Part shown: piece after piece, positions 37,770 through 48,708 of the stretch | Position numbering within the stretch: position 1 is the first letter of the stretch | Layout: each line of letters opens with the position of its first letter | From: an uncultured Alphaproteobacteria bacterium | GTDB lineage: Bacteria; Pseudomonadota; Alphaproteobacteria; Rhizobiales; Hyphomicrobiaceae | Length of the DNA: 64,000 nt | NCBI GenBank assembly: GCA_963831185.1 | Contig: CAWHPE010000008.1 | Location: forward strand, 13,642 to 77,641 | Reading direction: 5' to 3' | Translations under genes and position numbers: made by a program | Notes under the pieces: generated by a model | The model's database searches: none | The model's input: only the letters and a program-made list of their open reading frames with translations | What the model was told of the DNA's origin: nothing

Positions 37770-40220
37770 TCACTCATCTTTTTTGCGCGGGATGCCAGGC
37801 ACCGAGCCCGATCCGCGCGGACGCTTGTCTTTCGGTGCGGCGAGCGCGGGTTTTTTCGCGGGCGGCTCAATCACCTCTGCAACCGGCTCCACGTCATCGC
37901 CGTCGTCCTCCGAGGATTTCGGCTTCTTCGATGGGTCCATCGGGAAGTAATCGAAGGCAAGATGCCGTTTGAGGCCTTCGCCTTCGAGACGGATCTTGAC
38001 GAGGCCGCCCTGCGACAGCTTCCCGAACAAAACTTCATCTGCCAGTGGCTTCTTGATGTGATCCTGAATAACGCGCGACATTGGGCGCGCGCCATACTTC
38101 TCATCGTAGCCGGTCTCCGCCAGCCAGCGAGCAGCTGGCTCCGAAAGTTCGATGGTGATCCCACGATCTTGCAATTGTGCTTCGAGCTGGAACACGAATT
38201 TTTCAACGACTTTCATGATGATATCGAGCGGCAGGTTCGCGAACGGAATGACCGCATCCAAACGGTTGCGGAATTCCGGCGTGAACAGCCGGTTGATGGC
38301 CTCGTTGTCGTCGCCCGACTTCTTCGATGAACCAAAGCCAATCGCCGATTTCGCCATGTCGGATGCACCCGCGTTCGTCGTCATGATGAGAATGACGTTG
38401 CGGAAGTCGACAGATTTGCCGTTGTGGTCGGTCAGCTTGCCGTGGTCCATCACCTGCAACAGGATGTTGTAAAGATCTGGATGTGCTTTTTCGATTTCAT
38501 CAAGCAACAGCACGCAATGCGGATGCTGATCAATGCCATCGGTCAGCAGGCCACCTTGGTCGAAGCCGACATAACCCGGAGGCGCACCGATCAACCGCGA
38601 AACCGAATGCTTCTCCATGTACTCACTCATATCGAAGCGCAGGAGTTCGATACCCATGAGTGACGCAAGCTGCTTCGCAACTTCGGTTTTGCCGACGCCG
38701 GTAGGGCCCGAGAACAGGTAACAACCAATCGGCTTCTCTGGCTCACGCAATCCAGCGCGCGCGAGTTTGATCGCCGCCGACAACGATGAAATCGCAAAGT
38801 CCTGCCCGAACACGAGGCGCTTCAAATCTTTTTCAAGATTGAGCATCACGTCGGCATCCGACTTGGTGACTGTCTTCGGCGGGATGCGAGCCATCGTCGC
38901 AACAGTCGCCTCGATTTCCTTGACGGTGATTTTCTTCTTGCGCGACTTCTCCGGCACCAGCATCTGCGAAGCGCCGGTTTCGTCGATCACGTCGATAGCC
39001 TTGTCCGGAAGCTTCCGATCATGGATGTATTTGGCCGACAACTCCACCGCCGCCTTGATGGCTTCGTTGGTGTACTTCAGCTTGTGATAATCTTCGAAGA
39101 CCGGCTTCAAGCCTTTCAAAATTTCGATCGCATCTTCGACCGTCGGTTCTTTGACGTCAATCTTCTGGAACCGGCGCACAAGCGCGCGGTCCTTTTCGAA
39201 GTGCTGCCGGTACTCTTTGTAGGTCGTCGACCCGATGCAACGCAGAGCCCCCGATTGAAGCGATGGCTTCAACAGGTTTGACGCGTCCATCGCTCCGCCC
39301 GACGTGGCTCCTGCACCAATCACGGTGTGGATCTCGTCAATAAAGAGGATCGCGCCTTTGAAATTCTCGACCTCTTTCATGACAGCCTTGAGGCGCTCTT
39401 CGAAGTCGCCGCGATAACGCGTGCCCGCCAACAACGAACCCATATCGAGCGAGAAGATCGTCGAACCCAGAAGAACCTCCGGCACTTCACCGCGCACGAT
39501 CTTACGCGCTAGGCCTTCGGCAATGGCGGTCTTCCCGACACCGGGATCACCAACCAGCAGCGGGTTGTTCTTCTGGCGGCGGCAGAGCACCTGAATAGTG
39601 CGCATCACCTCCGGCTCGCGCCCGATGAGGGGATCGATCTTGCCGTCTGTCGCCTTCTTGTTGAGGTTGACGCAATAAGTCGACAACGCGTCTTGCTGTC
39701 CACCCTTTTTTTCCTCGCGCGTCTCTTGTGACGGCGACTCTTCTTCCGAACCCCGAACCGGGCGCGGCTCGCTCATGCCGGGGCGCTTTGCAATGCCATG
39801 GCTGATGTACTGCACGGCATCAAAGCGCGTCATGTCCTGCTCTTGCAGGAAGAATGCGGCATGGCTTTCCCGTTCGGCAAAAATAGCAACGAGTACGTTG
39901 GCACCCGTCACTTCTTCGCGGCCCGACGATTGGACATGAACGACAGCGCGATGAATCACGCGTTGGAACCCGGTGGTTGGCTGCGCGTCGGTTGAACCCT
40001 GACGCACCAGAGCCTCAAGTTCGGTATCGACGAATTCGGTCAAGCGCGTCCGGAGTTGATCCAGATTGACGTTGCAGGCCCGCATGACGGCAGCCGCGTC
40101 GCGGTCGTCTATGAGCGCTAGCAACAGATGCTCAAGCGTCGCCTGCTCATGATTACGCTTGTTGGCGGCTTCAAGAGCGCGATGGAGTGCAGCTTCGAGG
40201 CTTTGAGAAAAAGCGGGCAC
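37770..40220 (-). CDS. clpA: ATP-dependent Clp protease ATP-binding subunit ClpA
   Basis: Clp N-domain, two AAA modules ([16 protein letters not shown]) and an acidic/basic C-terminal tail. Confidence 0.95.
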   Translation of the reverse strand: MPAFSQSLEAALHRALEAANKRNHEQATLEHLLLALIDDRDAAAVMRACNVNLDQLRTRLTEFVDTELEALVRQGSTDAQPTTGFQRVIHRAVVHVQSSGREEVTGANVLVAIFAERESHAAFFLQEQDMTRFDAVQYISHGIAKRPGMSEPRPVRGSEEESPSQETREEKKGGQQDALSTYCVNLNKKATDGKIDPLIGREPEVMRTIQVLCRRQKNNPLLVGDPGVGKTAIAEGLARKIVRGEVPEVLLGSTIFSLDMGSLLAGTRYRGDFEERLKAVMKEVENFKGAILFIDEIHTVIGAGATSGGAMDASNLLKPSLQSGALRCIGSTTYKEYRQHFEKDRALVRRFQKIDVKEPTVEDAIEILKGLKPVFEDYHKLKYTNEAIKAAVELSAKYIHDRKLPDKAIDVIDETGASQMLVPEKSRKKKITVKEIEATVATMARIPPKTVTKSDADVMLNLEKDLKRLVFGQDFAISSLSAAIKLARAGLREPEKPIGCYLFSGPTGVGKTEVAKQLASLMGIELLRFDMSEYMEKHSVSRLIGAPPGYVGFDQGGLLTDGIDQHPHCVLLLDEIEKAHPDLYNILLQVMDHGKLTDHNGKSVDFRNVILIMTTNAGASDMAKSAIGFGSSKKSGDDNEAINRLFTPEFRNRLDAVIPFANLPLDIIMKVVEKFVFQLEAQLQDRGITIELSEPAARWLAETGYDEKYGARPMSRVIQDHIKKPLADEVLFGKLSQGGLVKIRLEGEGLKRHLAFDYFPMDPSKKPKSSEDDGDDVEPVAEVIEPPAKKPALAAPKDKRPRGSGSVPGIPRKKDE

Positions 40221-40226
40221 GTGAAG

Positions 40227-40556
40227 TCACTCCTTTTCCATGCGGCATTGCAGCGGATGCTGATGCTGCCGCGAGAAATCCATCACCTGGGCGACTTTGG
40301 TCTCCGCCACCTCATAGGTGAATACACCACAGATGCCGATGCCCTTCTGATGCACGTGCCACATAATCTTCTCGGCTTCCGTCCGGTTCTTGTTGAAGAA
40401 CCGTTCGAGCACATGCACCACAAATTCCATCGGTGTGTAATCGTCGTTGAGCAACAAAACTTTGTAGAGATTGGGACGCTTCGTTTTTGGCCGCGTCTTG
40501 GTGACGATGCCTGTCTTGTTCTCGTCGTCGCCCTTGGATCCGTTCTTCTGCGACAT
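40227..40556 (-). CDS. clpS: ATP-dependent Clp protease adaptor ClpS
   Basis: [24 protein letters not shown] core. Lies immediately upstream of clpA. Confidence 0.95.
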   Translation of the reverse strand: MSQKNGSKGDDENKTGIVTKTRPKTKRPNLYKVLLLNDDYTPMEFVVHVLERFFNKNRTEAEKIMWHVHQKGIGICGVFTYEVAETKVAQVMDFSRQHQHPLQCRMEKE

Positions 40557-40802
40557 TCTATTGTCCTCAATCTCCTATCTGGGCGCGTTCGGATACCGCG
40601 CCGAAGACATCAAAAGCCGCTGAGATGCGCCTCCAGATGCCCCGTGAATAGTCCTTGCCGGATGGGTGCCAAGCAAGCGGTAGCCCCAAGTTTACGACCA
40701 CCTTGCCCTGGCGCAAAAGGGTAATTTCAGAGGCTCCAATTTGCGCGCGGAAAAGCGTGTGCAACCCAGAGCCTGAGCAGCTATCATGACCAGTAAATAG
40801 GA

Positions 40803-40832
40803 AATAAAAAAGGCCCGGCAAGATGCCGGGCC
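40803..40832 (-). terminator. Intrinsic terminator downstream of the phasin gene
   Basis: Stem ggcccggc/gccgggcc with a 5-nt loop, followed on the minus strand by TTTTTTATTT. Confidence 0.75.
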
Positions 40833-40856
40833 TCGATACCTGTCAGGACGGTGCGC

Positions 40857-41246
40857 TTAGCGCGACTGGGCCTGTTGCATCGCGCGCTCAAGCGGCTTGT
40901 AAGCTTCTTTAGCCTGCTCGGTCATCATGCCGCCGAACTTGGTGACGGTCTGCATGTACTCGTCATAGGCGCGCTTCGCATAAGAGGTCTGGATTTCCAC
41001 GGCCTGGTCGAGCGACTTGACGGCAAGCAGCTTTTCGAAGGTCTTCGTGCTGTCTTCGAAGGCGCGCTTCTGGTAGCTGGTCACTTCCGATGCGATCGTC
41101 TGCCAGTTTTTCTGCCATTCCGTGAAGAATTTCATGGTGGCGTCAACGTTAGCTTGGCTGACTTTCTGGACATCTTGGACGTTGGAGAAGTTCGGAAGCA
41201 TGGGCAGATCCTCGATTTGGAGTGGGATGAATGCGTCGGCTGTCAT
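40857..41246 (-). CDS. Phasin-family (PHA granule-associated) protein
   Basis: 129-aa helical protein with a Phasin_2-like pattern (NVDATMKFFTEWQKNWQTIASEVTSYQKRAFEDS..). Confidence 0.75.
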   Translation of the reverse strand: MTADAFIPLQIEDLPMLPNFSNVQDVQKVSQANVDATMKFFTEWQKNWQTIASEVTSYQKRAFEDSTKTFEKLLAVKSLDQAVEIQTSYAKRAYDEYMQTVTKFGGMMTEQAKEAYKPLERAMQQAQSR

Positions 41247-41636
41247 GAAGAAACACTCGAGTTATTGAGCGATCTCTCCGGGAAATGAGTGGCGGCACCG
41301 GGTATGCCGTGCCGCATTGCAACAAATATATGCAGCGCACAAAAAATGTCAAGGCGATTGTGCGGTGCACCATGGAAGTAAGTCAAAAATTTCGGCACGA
41401 AGGCGTCATTGCCGGAAATCGTCGAGCACGGCGCCCATGCCGCACACGGCCATTAACCGTCTTTAAGCCACCCTTCGCTACCGTCCCTGAATGATTTTCG
41501 CCGCCTCGTAGCCACAAAGGCCGGAGCGGCAGCCGTATTGGCGCCGGAAACCCGTGGCATGCATCTCGTAACGCTGCGTTGCGGGGCATCAGCCCCCGGA
41601 CGTCAGACATTCGAACCATGCGGAGCGACAGAGGGC

Positions 41637-43455
41637 ATGCAGCTGAGGAAGGCGAGCGAGGGGCGTTGGTCGCATAATGCGCTCAAAACAGCCGCCGCCG
41701 GGCAGTTGCATCGCATACTCGCACTCGCGTTGGGCCTCACCTTTTCAGGCAGCGCGATCACCCCGGCTGTCGCACGGCCCCAGCAGGCGGCACTGGTCAT
41801 CGATGCCAACACCGGGGCAACGATATCGGCTCACGCCGCCGATGAACCGCGGTATCCAGCATCGCTGACCAAGATGATGACGCTCTATGTCGTGTTCGAT
41901 CTGATCGAACAAGGCCGCTTGAGTTACCAGACCCGCATCCCGATTACCGACGCCGCAGCCAGTCAGGCACCGTCGAAACTCGGCCTCGAGGCAGGCTCAG
42001 ACATCGCCCTCATCGATGCCGTGAAAGCGTTGATCACGAAATCAGCGAATGACATAGCGGTTGCCATTGCCGACAAGATCGCCGGCAGCGAGGACAAGTT
42101 CGCGGCTCTGATGACGCAAAAGGCGCGCGCCATCGGCATGAAGAGCTCGACCTTCAAGAACGCGTCTGGTCTGCCCAATGACCAGCAGGTGACGACGGCA
42201 CGCGACATGGTCACCCTTGCGCTGCGCCTGCATGATGATTTCCCGAAGCACTACCCATTGTTCGCCACGCGTGAATTTCGCTACGGCGCCGGCACACACG
42301 TCAATCACAACGGGCTTCTCGGCCGTTACGAGGGCACCGAAGGCATAAAAACCGGCTACACGCGCGCGTCGGGCTTCAACCTCGTCGCATCGGTCAAACG
42401 TGGCCAGAAGCACGTCGTGGGCGCCGTGTTCGGTGGTGCGACAGCAGGCAGTCGCAACCAAACGATGCGCACCCTCCTGAATATCGCACTGCTCAAAGGG
42501 AGCGCCCAGAAAACCCGTCAACCCACCATTGCCGTTGCCAAGCTGAAAGCAACTCCCGAGCCGAAAGTGGCCGAGCGGCCAAAACGCACCGCACCAGCCG
42601 TTCAGACGGCTCACGCTTCACCGCCTGTGGCCAAGGTTGTCGCCGAAGCTCAGAGCGCACCGCTGCCGGCGGCTGAAAATCCACCGAGCGCCAGTGTGGC
42701 TGGAAGCAAGATCGAAATCGCAAAAGTGCGACCGGTGCTTGTTGCCCCGCGTCAGCCACGCCAGGCGCCAATGCCTGCGGCTGCTGAGGCCGCACCGTCC
42801 CTTTGTCACCACGGTCGCAGCTGCCGTGCCGCCGCAAGCACCGGCTGCAGCTCCGAAGACTGCGAATGCCGCATTCCCGTCCACGTTTACATTGCCGCCT
42901 CTTGCCGCCAGCGCAGCTTCGGCCAGTCCTGCCGAGACCCGGCCACTTCCGCGTCAGGCCGCAGCCCAGGCAACCCGCACGATAGCGCCGACAAACCCGC
43001 GCGTTCCTGCTGCAACAGTCGCCGCAGCCAGTCCGCCTGCGGCGCCGGTGACGGCAGCACCGCAACGCGGAACACCGCCAGGTACCCTTGGCCAGCAAGC
43101 CGCAGCACTCGCCGGCGGCGGCGCACAAGCCGCCGCGCCAGGACGCATGGCGGCGGGCGTTGGCGCGATGCCCACTGCGCTCGCATCGCCAGCCGCAGCA
43201 GCCATCAGCACCGGCACATTTGTCCAAGTCGGTGCCTTCGCAACAGCCGCCGAGGCCGAACGGCAGTTGAACGTCATCCGTCACCGCGCCGCCGACATCG
43301 TGGGCGGTGCCTCCAACAACGCCGTACTCGCTGCGTCGAACGGAAAGCAGGTTTGGCGCGCGCGCTTCGGCGGCTTTGATACGGCGGCAGCAACGAACGT
43401 GTGCACAGAACTGCGCCGGCGCCAGATTGATTGCCTCGTCACGCGCGGACAGTGA
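41637..43455 (+). pseudogene. D-alanyl-D-alanine carboxypeptidase (PBP5/6 class) with Ala/Pro-rich linker and C-terminal SPOR domain, frameshifted in the linker
   Basis: SxxK (ASLTKMM), SxN (KSANDIA) and KTG (IKTGYT) in the first frame. SPOR domain (GTFVQVGAFATAAEAE..VWRARFGGFD..C) in another frame. The frames switch near 42790-42800. The start codon is uncertain. Confidence 0.75.
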
Positions 43456-43499
43456 CGGGCTGTCCGCGCCGCAGAAGGCGGCAGGGACGGAACCACTGC

Positions 43500-44739
43500 T
43501 TATGCCGTGGCGCGTTCGGGTGGCGTCGGCAAGCGATCAGGTAACTGCATGGCCGCGATTAAGATGATGAAGGCTGAAACCGCCAGCACCCGGAAAAGCG
43601 TGTCGAAGCCCCACCGCTGATAGATGATCGAAATCAGCGGCAAGCGCGAGCGCCAACACGGTGAAGCTCACGACATAGCGAACACCGTAAACCCGCGCGC
43701 GCATCGAACCCTGGGCCATGCGGCCGATCATATAGTCGTTGATCGGAATTTGCCCGAATGCGGCGAGCATGAACGCAAGCGCGCAGGCCAACGCCGCCCA
43801 ATCAGTCAGCCCCGGCATGAGAGCGAAAAAGACGATCTGCATGAGTGCAGCGGCCATGAAGACGCGGCGCGGTCCAACGCGGTCGAGAAAATGCCCGACC
43901 ACGACTTGGCCGATCGACGCCACCGCAAAAACGAAAAATGCCATTTGCCCAAGGACGCTCGCCGTTGGCGCGATCCCGCCGATACGCTCGTCGAACACCT
44001 TCGGCAGGGCGAAGGTCGTCGATTGAAAAATGATGCTGCCAACCGCCGTCGTCAGAAACACGATGATCGAGATGCGGAACAATGCGGCGCGGTAGTCGGC
44101 GGTCATCGGCTCAGCATTCTGTTTGGCCACGACACTCGACCTGTGAGCGGCGCCACCATGGATTTCGCGGCGAAAGAGCCACGCATAGATGACGCCCACC
44201 GCGATTGAGAGAAGGCCAGGGGCCACAAATGCGGTGCGCCATCCACCATGATCGATGCAGTAGCCGGTGATGAGTGCAGCACTCCCAACGCCAAGGTTTC
44301 CCCAAACGCCATTGATCGCGAGGCGCATGCCGGTGTTGCGCCAGCGCTCAGTCACGATGGCAAGTCCAACCGGATGATAGATCGCGGCGAAGGCGCCGAT
44401 GACAAACAATGCGACGCCGATTTGAAATGGTGTCGAAGCAAGTGCTGTCGCAATTGACGCAAGCCCGATGCCAATGAAGTAGACCGCGATCATCCCCTCG
44501 CGGCTCCACTTGTCGGCCAGCCAACCGGCCGGAAGCGAGAACGCGCCGAAGGCAAAAAAGCCGGGCGCAGCATAGGGAAGCAATTCCGAGTAACTGAGCC
44601 CCCACTCACGCGTGAGTGCCACCGCCGCCACGGTGGCAAAAATCAGCGTGAAGAGATGATCGAGAAAGTGCCCGACATTGAGAAGCAGAAAGTGCACGCG
44701 ATCCTGAGAGACATCTGCCGGCGTGTCTATAACAGCCAT
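43500..44739 (-). pseudogene. MFS transporter with a frameshift before the last TM helix
   Basis: 12-TM-like MFS body. After ..VSFTVLALAL the annotated frame gives non-membrane text. The alternative frame gives PLISIIYQRWGFDTLFRVLAVSAFIILIAAMQLPDRLPTPPERATA*, stopping at 43500. Confidence 0.7.
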
Positions 44740-44932
44740 GATCTTGCCTCGCGCGCGGCTCGGATTGGGGGATAAGCGAGCCTATGTCATCACGAGCTCG
44801 TGGCAAAGCTGCCAGTGCAGCAACAGCTATGCACCGTTACCTATTGGCAGATCGGGGTGTGCCAGCTATGCGCAACAAAAACCGGCGCTGCTTGGTCAGC
44901 AGCGCCGGTGGTTCGAGCAAACGTGAATACGC

Positions 44933-46098
44933 TCAGGTGTCCGAGCTATCTTCGCCCGCCGGAGGCGGTGTCGCTGCACGCGCGGCGTCAGGCTGCGCGC
45001 GCGGACGGCGAACGGGCACCGGACGCTTCAGGAAGTCCGGCGCATGCTCCTCGGTCGATGGCTCCCGAGCTTCGGCACGGACACGTGGTTCACGGGGCTC
45101 GCGCGGTTCACGCGCTTCCCTGCGGCGTGCGGGGGCGGCAGGGCTGAGGGTTTCAGCTGATGCTGCAGCAGGAATCGGAGCCGGTTCAAAAGCACGCGGC
45201 TCACGCTGTGGTTCGCGGGCTTCGCGCATCGGCGGCGGCACGTCGCGCTGCTCCGGAGCCGGAGCGCGGTCTTCGAAGTTGCGTGCGTCGCGGTTCTCGG
45301 GTGCGCGGCCAACACGGTCGCGGTCACGGTCACGATTCTCAAAGTTGCGATTTTCGCGCGGCTCGAAATTGCGGTTCTCGCGGTTCTCACGAGGCTCGAA
45401 ATTGCGGTTGTCCCGATTGTCTCGGTTGTCGCGGTTCTCAAAGTTCCGGTTATCCCGGCCCTCGAAATTGCGTTGCGGCCTGTCACCACGATCTTGCCGC
45501 TGACGGTCACGATAACCGTCGCGGTCGCGCCGGAATGGACGGTCATTGCGCTGGCCACCGTCTTGATGGCGATCCTGGCCGCGATAGTCGTTGCCGCCGC
45601 GATCACCGCGATCCTGACGTTCAAATCGGTCGTTATTCTGCCGATGCTCGTTACGGTTCTCACGATAATTCTGCTGATGCCCTTGCTGGCCGCCAGCTTG
45701 TGGCTGCCGCCACCGGCAGCTTCGCCAAGTGGCCCGCCCATCATGTCGTCGGCACCGCTGTCGTCGCCATTTTCGTCATCGCCAAAATCGTCGCCGTCAA
45801 AGCCCTCGGGCCGGCGCGGCCCACCTTGGCCGTCGTTGCCTTGTTGGAACTGCTCGCGGTACGCCATGATGATGCGGTTGTAATGCTCGGCATGCTGCAA
45901 ATAGTTTTCAGCCAGCACCGGATCGCCCGAGGATGTGGCATCGCGTGCGAGCGACAAATATTTCTCGGCGATATGTGCCGGTGTGCCGCGCACTTTCACA
46001 TCCGGGCCATTCAACTCGAAGCTGCGCGTTAATGGGTTCTGTTGCTTGTTGTTGCGATTACGACCGCGACCGCGGCAATTCTGCTGTCCTGGCCTCAC
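44933..46098 (-). pseudogene. DUF4167 domain-containing protein with a long Arg/Asn/Asp/Glu-rich repetitive tail, frameshifted
   Basis: N-terminus SFELNGPDVKVRGTPAHIAEKYLSLARDATSSGDPVLAENYLQHAEHY. After ..GEAAGGGS the coherent sequence (QPQAGGQQGHQQNYRENRNEHRQNNDRFE...PDFLKRPVPVRRPR) lies in another frame, down to the stop at 44933. Confidence 0.75.
45330..45480 (-). repeat. Degenerate ~33-nt tandem repeats inside the DUF4167 coding region (encode NRNFEPRENRE-type units)
   Basis: The string ctcgaaattgcggtt recurs at ~45362 and ~45394, and as ctcgaaattgcgtt at ~45461. Translated, it gives repeated RNFE(P/N/G)R units. Confidence 0.7.
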
Positions 46099-46638
46099 TG
46101 GCTTTCAGGCTCCTCATAGTGCAACGGAAAAACCGCACACGTCAAAAATAGATCGACACGTGGTAGCGCGTCAGGTCGCCGATCGGGCCTGCCGCTGCGT
46201 GACCAAATCCCCACCGGCCGTGGGCACACCTCAATGTGCTCGCGGAACGAGGCGCCCGGCATCACGCTTCACCGGACAGAACGATTTTTGAGGTCCAACT
46301 CGACGTGCATCGCGTCTTTAAACATCACGGGCAAACAAAAATCCCCAAAGTGTGCCTGTGACTTCAATGACGCCAGCGCGTCTTACGTGTTCACCAACGC
46401 TTCCTCGGTAAATCGCTTAAGGTAGCCTGCATGCCTGGATCGATGACGACCTCAAGCTATGCCTGGACACCTTTTATATTGAACCACGGCACCTCGGAGG
46501 ACGCTAAAAGCGCTGTCCGCTGCGGCTAAGACCCCGAATAGAGTAACCCAATGGGACGGCCGGTGTGCCTGCGGAATCCACGTAGGGAATAAGCTAGCGC
46601 TCGTAGCTCTGAATTCCAAGCAATTTCTTCAGAAAGGC

Positions 46639-47553
46639 TCAAAATTGTGTCGCAACTGCAACACAGCGGTCAACACCGCCGAGATCTCTGACAATGAGCG
46701 GGGCGGAAAGGCTGTCTGCGCCCCAAGCGGCCCGAAGCATGCCGGCCACGTCCTGCGCCTGCCCTTGCCCGACCTCGACCACCACCGCGCCGCGGCGGAG
46801 GCGTTGCGGCAGCCCGGCCGCGATCTCGCGATAAATCGTTAACCCATCCGCGCCGCCATCAAGAGCCAAGGTGGGGTCGAACAGGCGTACATCGGGTTCG
46901 AGGGTCTCAAGGTCGCGGGTCGGGATATAGGGCGGGTTCGAGACCACAAGGTCGAAAGGCCCCGCTTCGCCGGCGAAGGTGCGGCCCTCGACCCATCGGA
47001 TGCGGTCCTCTACCTCATGTTGAGCGGCATTGCGCTGGGCGATCTGAAGGGCGTCCGCCGACAGATCGATCCCGATGCCCAGAGCCAGCGGCAACTCAGC
47101 AAGCAGCGTGACGAGGATCGCGCCGCTGCCCGTCCCGATGTCGACGATGGTCAGCGCGCGGTCGCGGCCGCCGAGCTTGTCGGCCATATCAAGTGCCGTC
47201 TCGATCAGCGTCTCTGTTTCTGGTCGCGGATCGAGGGTGGCGGGCGTCACGATAAAGTCGCGCCCATAAAAGCCGCGCACACCAACGATGCGGGCGACAG
47301 GCTCGTGCCGGAGCCGGCGAACGAGAACGTCTGCGAAAGCCTGCGCTTCAAGGTGCGTAAGGACCCGTTCAGGTGTCACGATGAGAGCCAGCGGAGCGAT
47401 CATGAGCGCATGCGCAAGAAGCCGGCGCGCGTCTGCGCCAGCGCCGGCAATGTGCGCCTGGGCAAGCAGACGCGCACCCTCACCTAAGGCCTGCCGGACG
47501 TCAGTGCCGGTAAACTGTAAAACGTCGACATGCGGCGGCGTGTCGTCACGCAC
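46639..47553 (-). CDS. prmC: Peptide chain release factor N5-glutamine methyltransferase
   Basis: SAM motif [10 protein letters not shown] and catalytic VVSNPPYI. The GTG start overlaps the prfA stop by 8 nt. Confidence 0.9.
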   Translation of the reverse strand: MRDDTPPHVDVLQFTGTDVRQALGEGARLLAQAHIAGAGADARRLLAHALMIAPLALIVTPERVLTHLEAQAFADVLVRRLRHEPVARIVGVRGFYGRDFIVTPATLDPRPETETLIETALDMADKLGGRDRALTIVDIGTGSGAILVTLLAELPLALGIGIDLSADALQIAQRNAAQHEVEDRIRWVEGRTFAGEAGPFDLVVSNPPYIPTRDLETLEPDVRLFDPTLALDGGADGLTIYREIAAGLPQRLRRGAVVVEVGQGQAQDVAGMLRAAWGADSLSAPLIVRDLGGVDRCVAVATQF

Positions 47554-48625
47554 TTTGCATCTCCGCCGCCAGCAGTGTCGTTTGATGGTCGGTGATCAGC
47601 GCTTCGATGATCTCATCGAGCGCCGTGCCATCCATGACAGCTGCGATCTTGTGCAAGGTGAGATTGATCCGGTGGTCGGTCACACGGCCCTGCGGGAAAT
47701 TGTAGGTGCGGATGCGCTGCGAGCGGTCGCCGGAACCGACTTGATCCTTGCGTGATGCCGCACGCTCGTCCGCGAGTTTCTGACGCTCGAGTTCATAAAG
47801 GCGCGACCGCAGCACCTGCATCGCGAGGCGGCGGTTCTGATGTTGGGACTTCTCCGCCGAGACGACGATCAGCCCGGTCGGGATGTGCATGATGCGCACG
47901 GCGCTTTCCGTTTTGTTGACGTGCTGCCCGCCAGCGCCGCCAGCGCGCATGGTGTCGATGCGGAGATCGTCCTGTTTGATCACGAGATCGACATCTTCCG
48001 CTTCTGGCAACACGGCGACGGTCGCCGCCGACGTATGAATGCGGCCCGACGTTTCCGTCGCCGGGACGCGCTGTACCCGGTGCACACCACTTTCATATTT
48101 CAGCCGCGCGAACACGCCTTTGCCGGTGATCGACGCCACCACTTCCTTATAGCCGCCGAGTGCATTCTCGCTTTCGCTGATGATCTCGGTCTTCCAGCCA
48201 TGAATGTCGGCGTAACGCGCGTACATGCGGAACAAATCAGCTGCAAACAGCGCGGCTTCATCTCCGCCCGTGCCAGCGCGCACTTCGAGGATCGCGCTCT
48301 TTTCATCGGCCGCATCGCGCGGCAACAACTGCAACTGAAGACCGCGCGTTAAGTCCGCCACTCTTGCTTCGAGCGGCGAAAGCTCTGCACGCGCCATCTC
48401 GGCCATATCCGGATCGCCGTCGTCATTGGCGAGAAGCCGTGTCGCCTCAAGATCGCTCTGCGCCGCGTTGAGCGTTTTGATGGTCTGCACGACAGGATCG
48501 AGTTCGGAAAATTCTTTGGAGAGTTGCACGAAACGGCTTTGCTCTGGGCCGGAATTCATTTCCGCCTGGAGCGTCTCCCAGCGGTCGATGAGGCGGTTCA
48601 GTTTGGTCTGAGGAATTGTCGACAT
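47546..48625 (-). CDS. prfA: Peptide chain release factor 1
   Basis: PAT tripeptide context ([14 protein letters not shown]) and GGQ motif ([10 protein letters not shown]). ATG 48625 is preferred over the ORF-track start at 48721. Confidence 0.95.
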   Translation of the reverse strand: MSTIPQTKLNRLIDRWETLQAEMNSGPEQSRFVQLSKEFSELDPVVQTIKTLNAAQSDLEATRLLANDDGDPDMAEMARAELSPLEARVADLTRGLQLQLLPRDAADEKSAILEVRAGTGGDEAALFAADLFRMYARYADIHGWKTEIISESENALGGYKEVVASITGKGVFARLKYESGVHRVQRVPATETSGRIHTSAATVAVLPEAEDVDLVIKQDDLRIDTMRAGGAGGQHVNKTESAVRIMHIPTGLIVVSAEKSQHQNRRLAMQVLRSRLYELERQKLADERAASRKDQVGSGDRSQRIRTYNFPQGRVTDHRINLTLHKIAAVMDGTALDEIIEALITDHQTTLLAAEMQSA

Positions 48626-48708
48626 CGGAGACGGATCGCTTGGCTGAGGTGAGGGGAGACACGGCGGCGCCAGCACGGCATCAAACCGGCGGCGACACGA
48701 AAAGGTCG

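Noticed and set aside
42493-43284. Minus-strand ORFs opposite the Ala/Pro-rich linker of the DD-carboxypeptidase-SPOR gene
   Set aside because: They are a low-complexity GC-rich shadow. The plus strand links two recognisable domains.
45330-45480. CRISPR-like or minisatellite array
   Set aside because: The repeats are degenerate, contiguous without unique spacers, and lie inside a coding region where they translate into a periodic peptide. No cas genes are present.
44784-46032. Plus-strand ORFs 44784-45503 and 45160-46032 opposite the DUF4167 gene
   Set aside because: They lie in the tandem-repeat region where all frames are open. Their products are Arg/Ser/Gly homopolymer-like. The minus strand encodes the recognisable DUF4167 N-domain and a coherent repeat tail.
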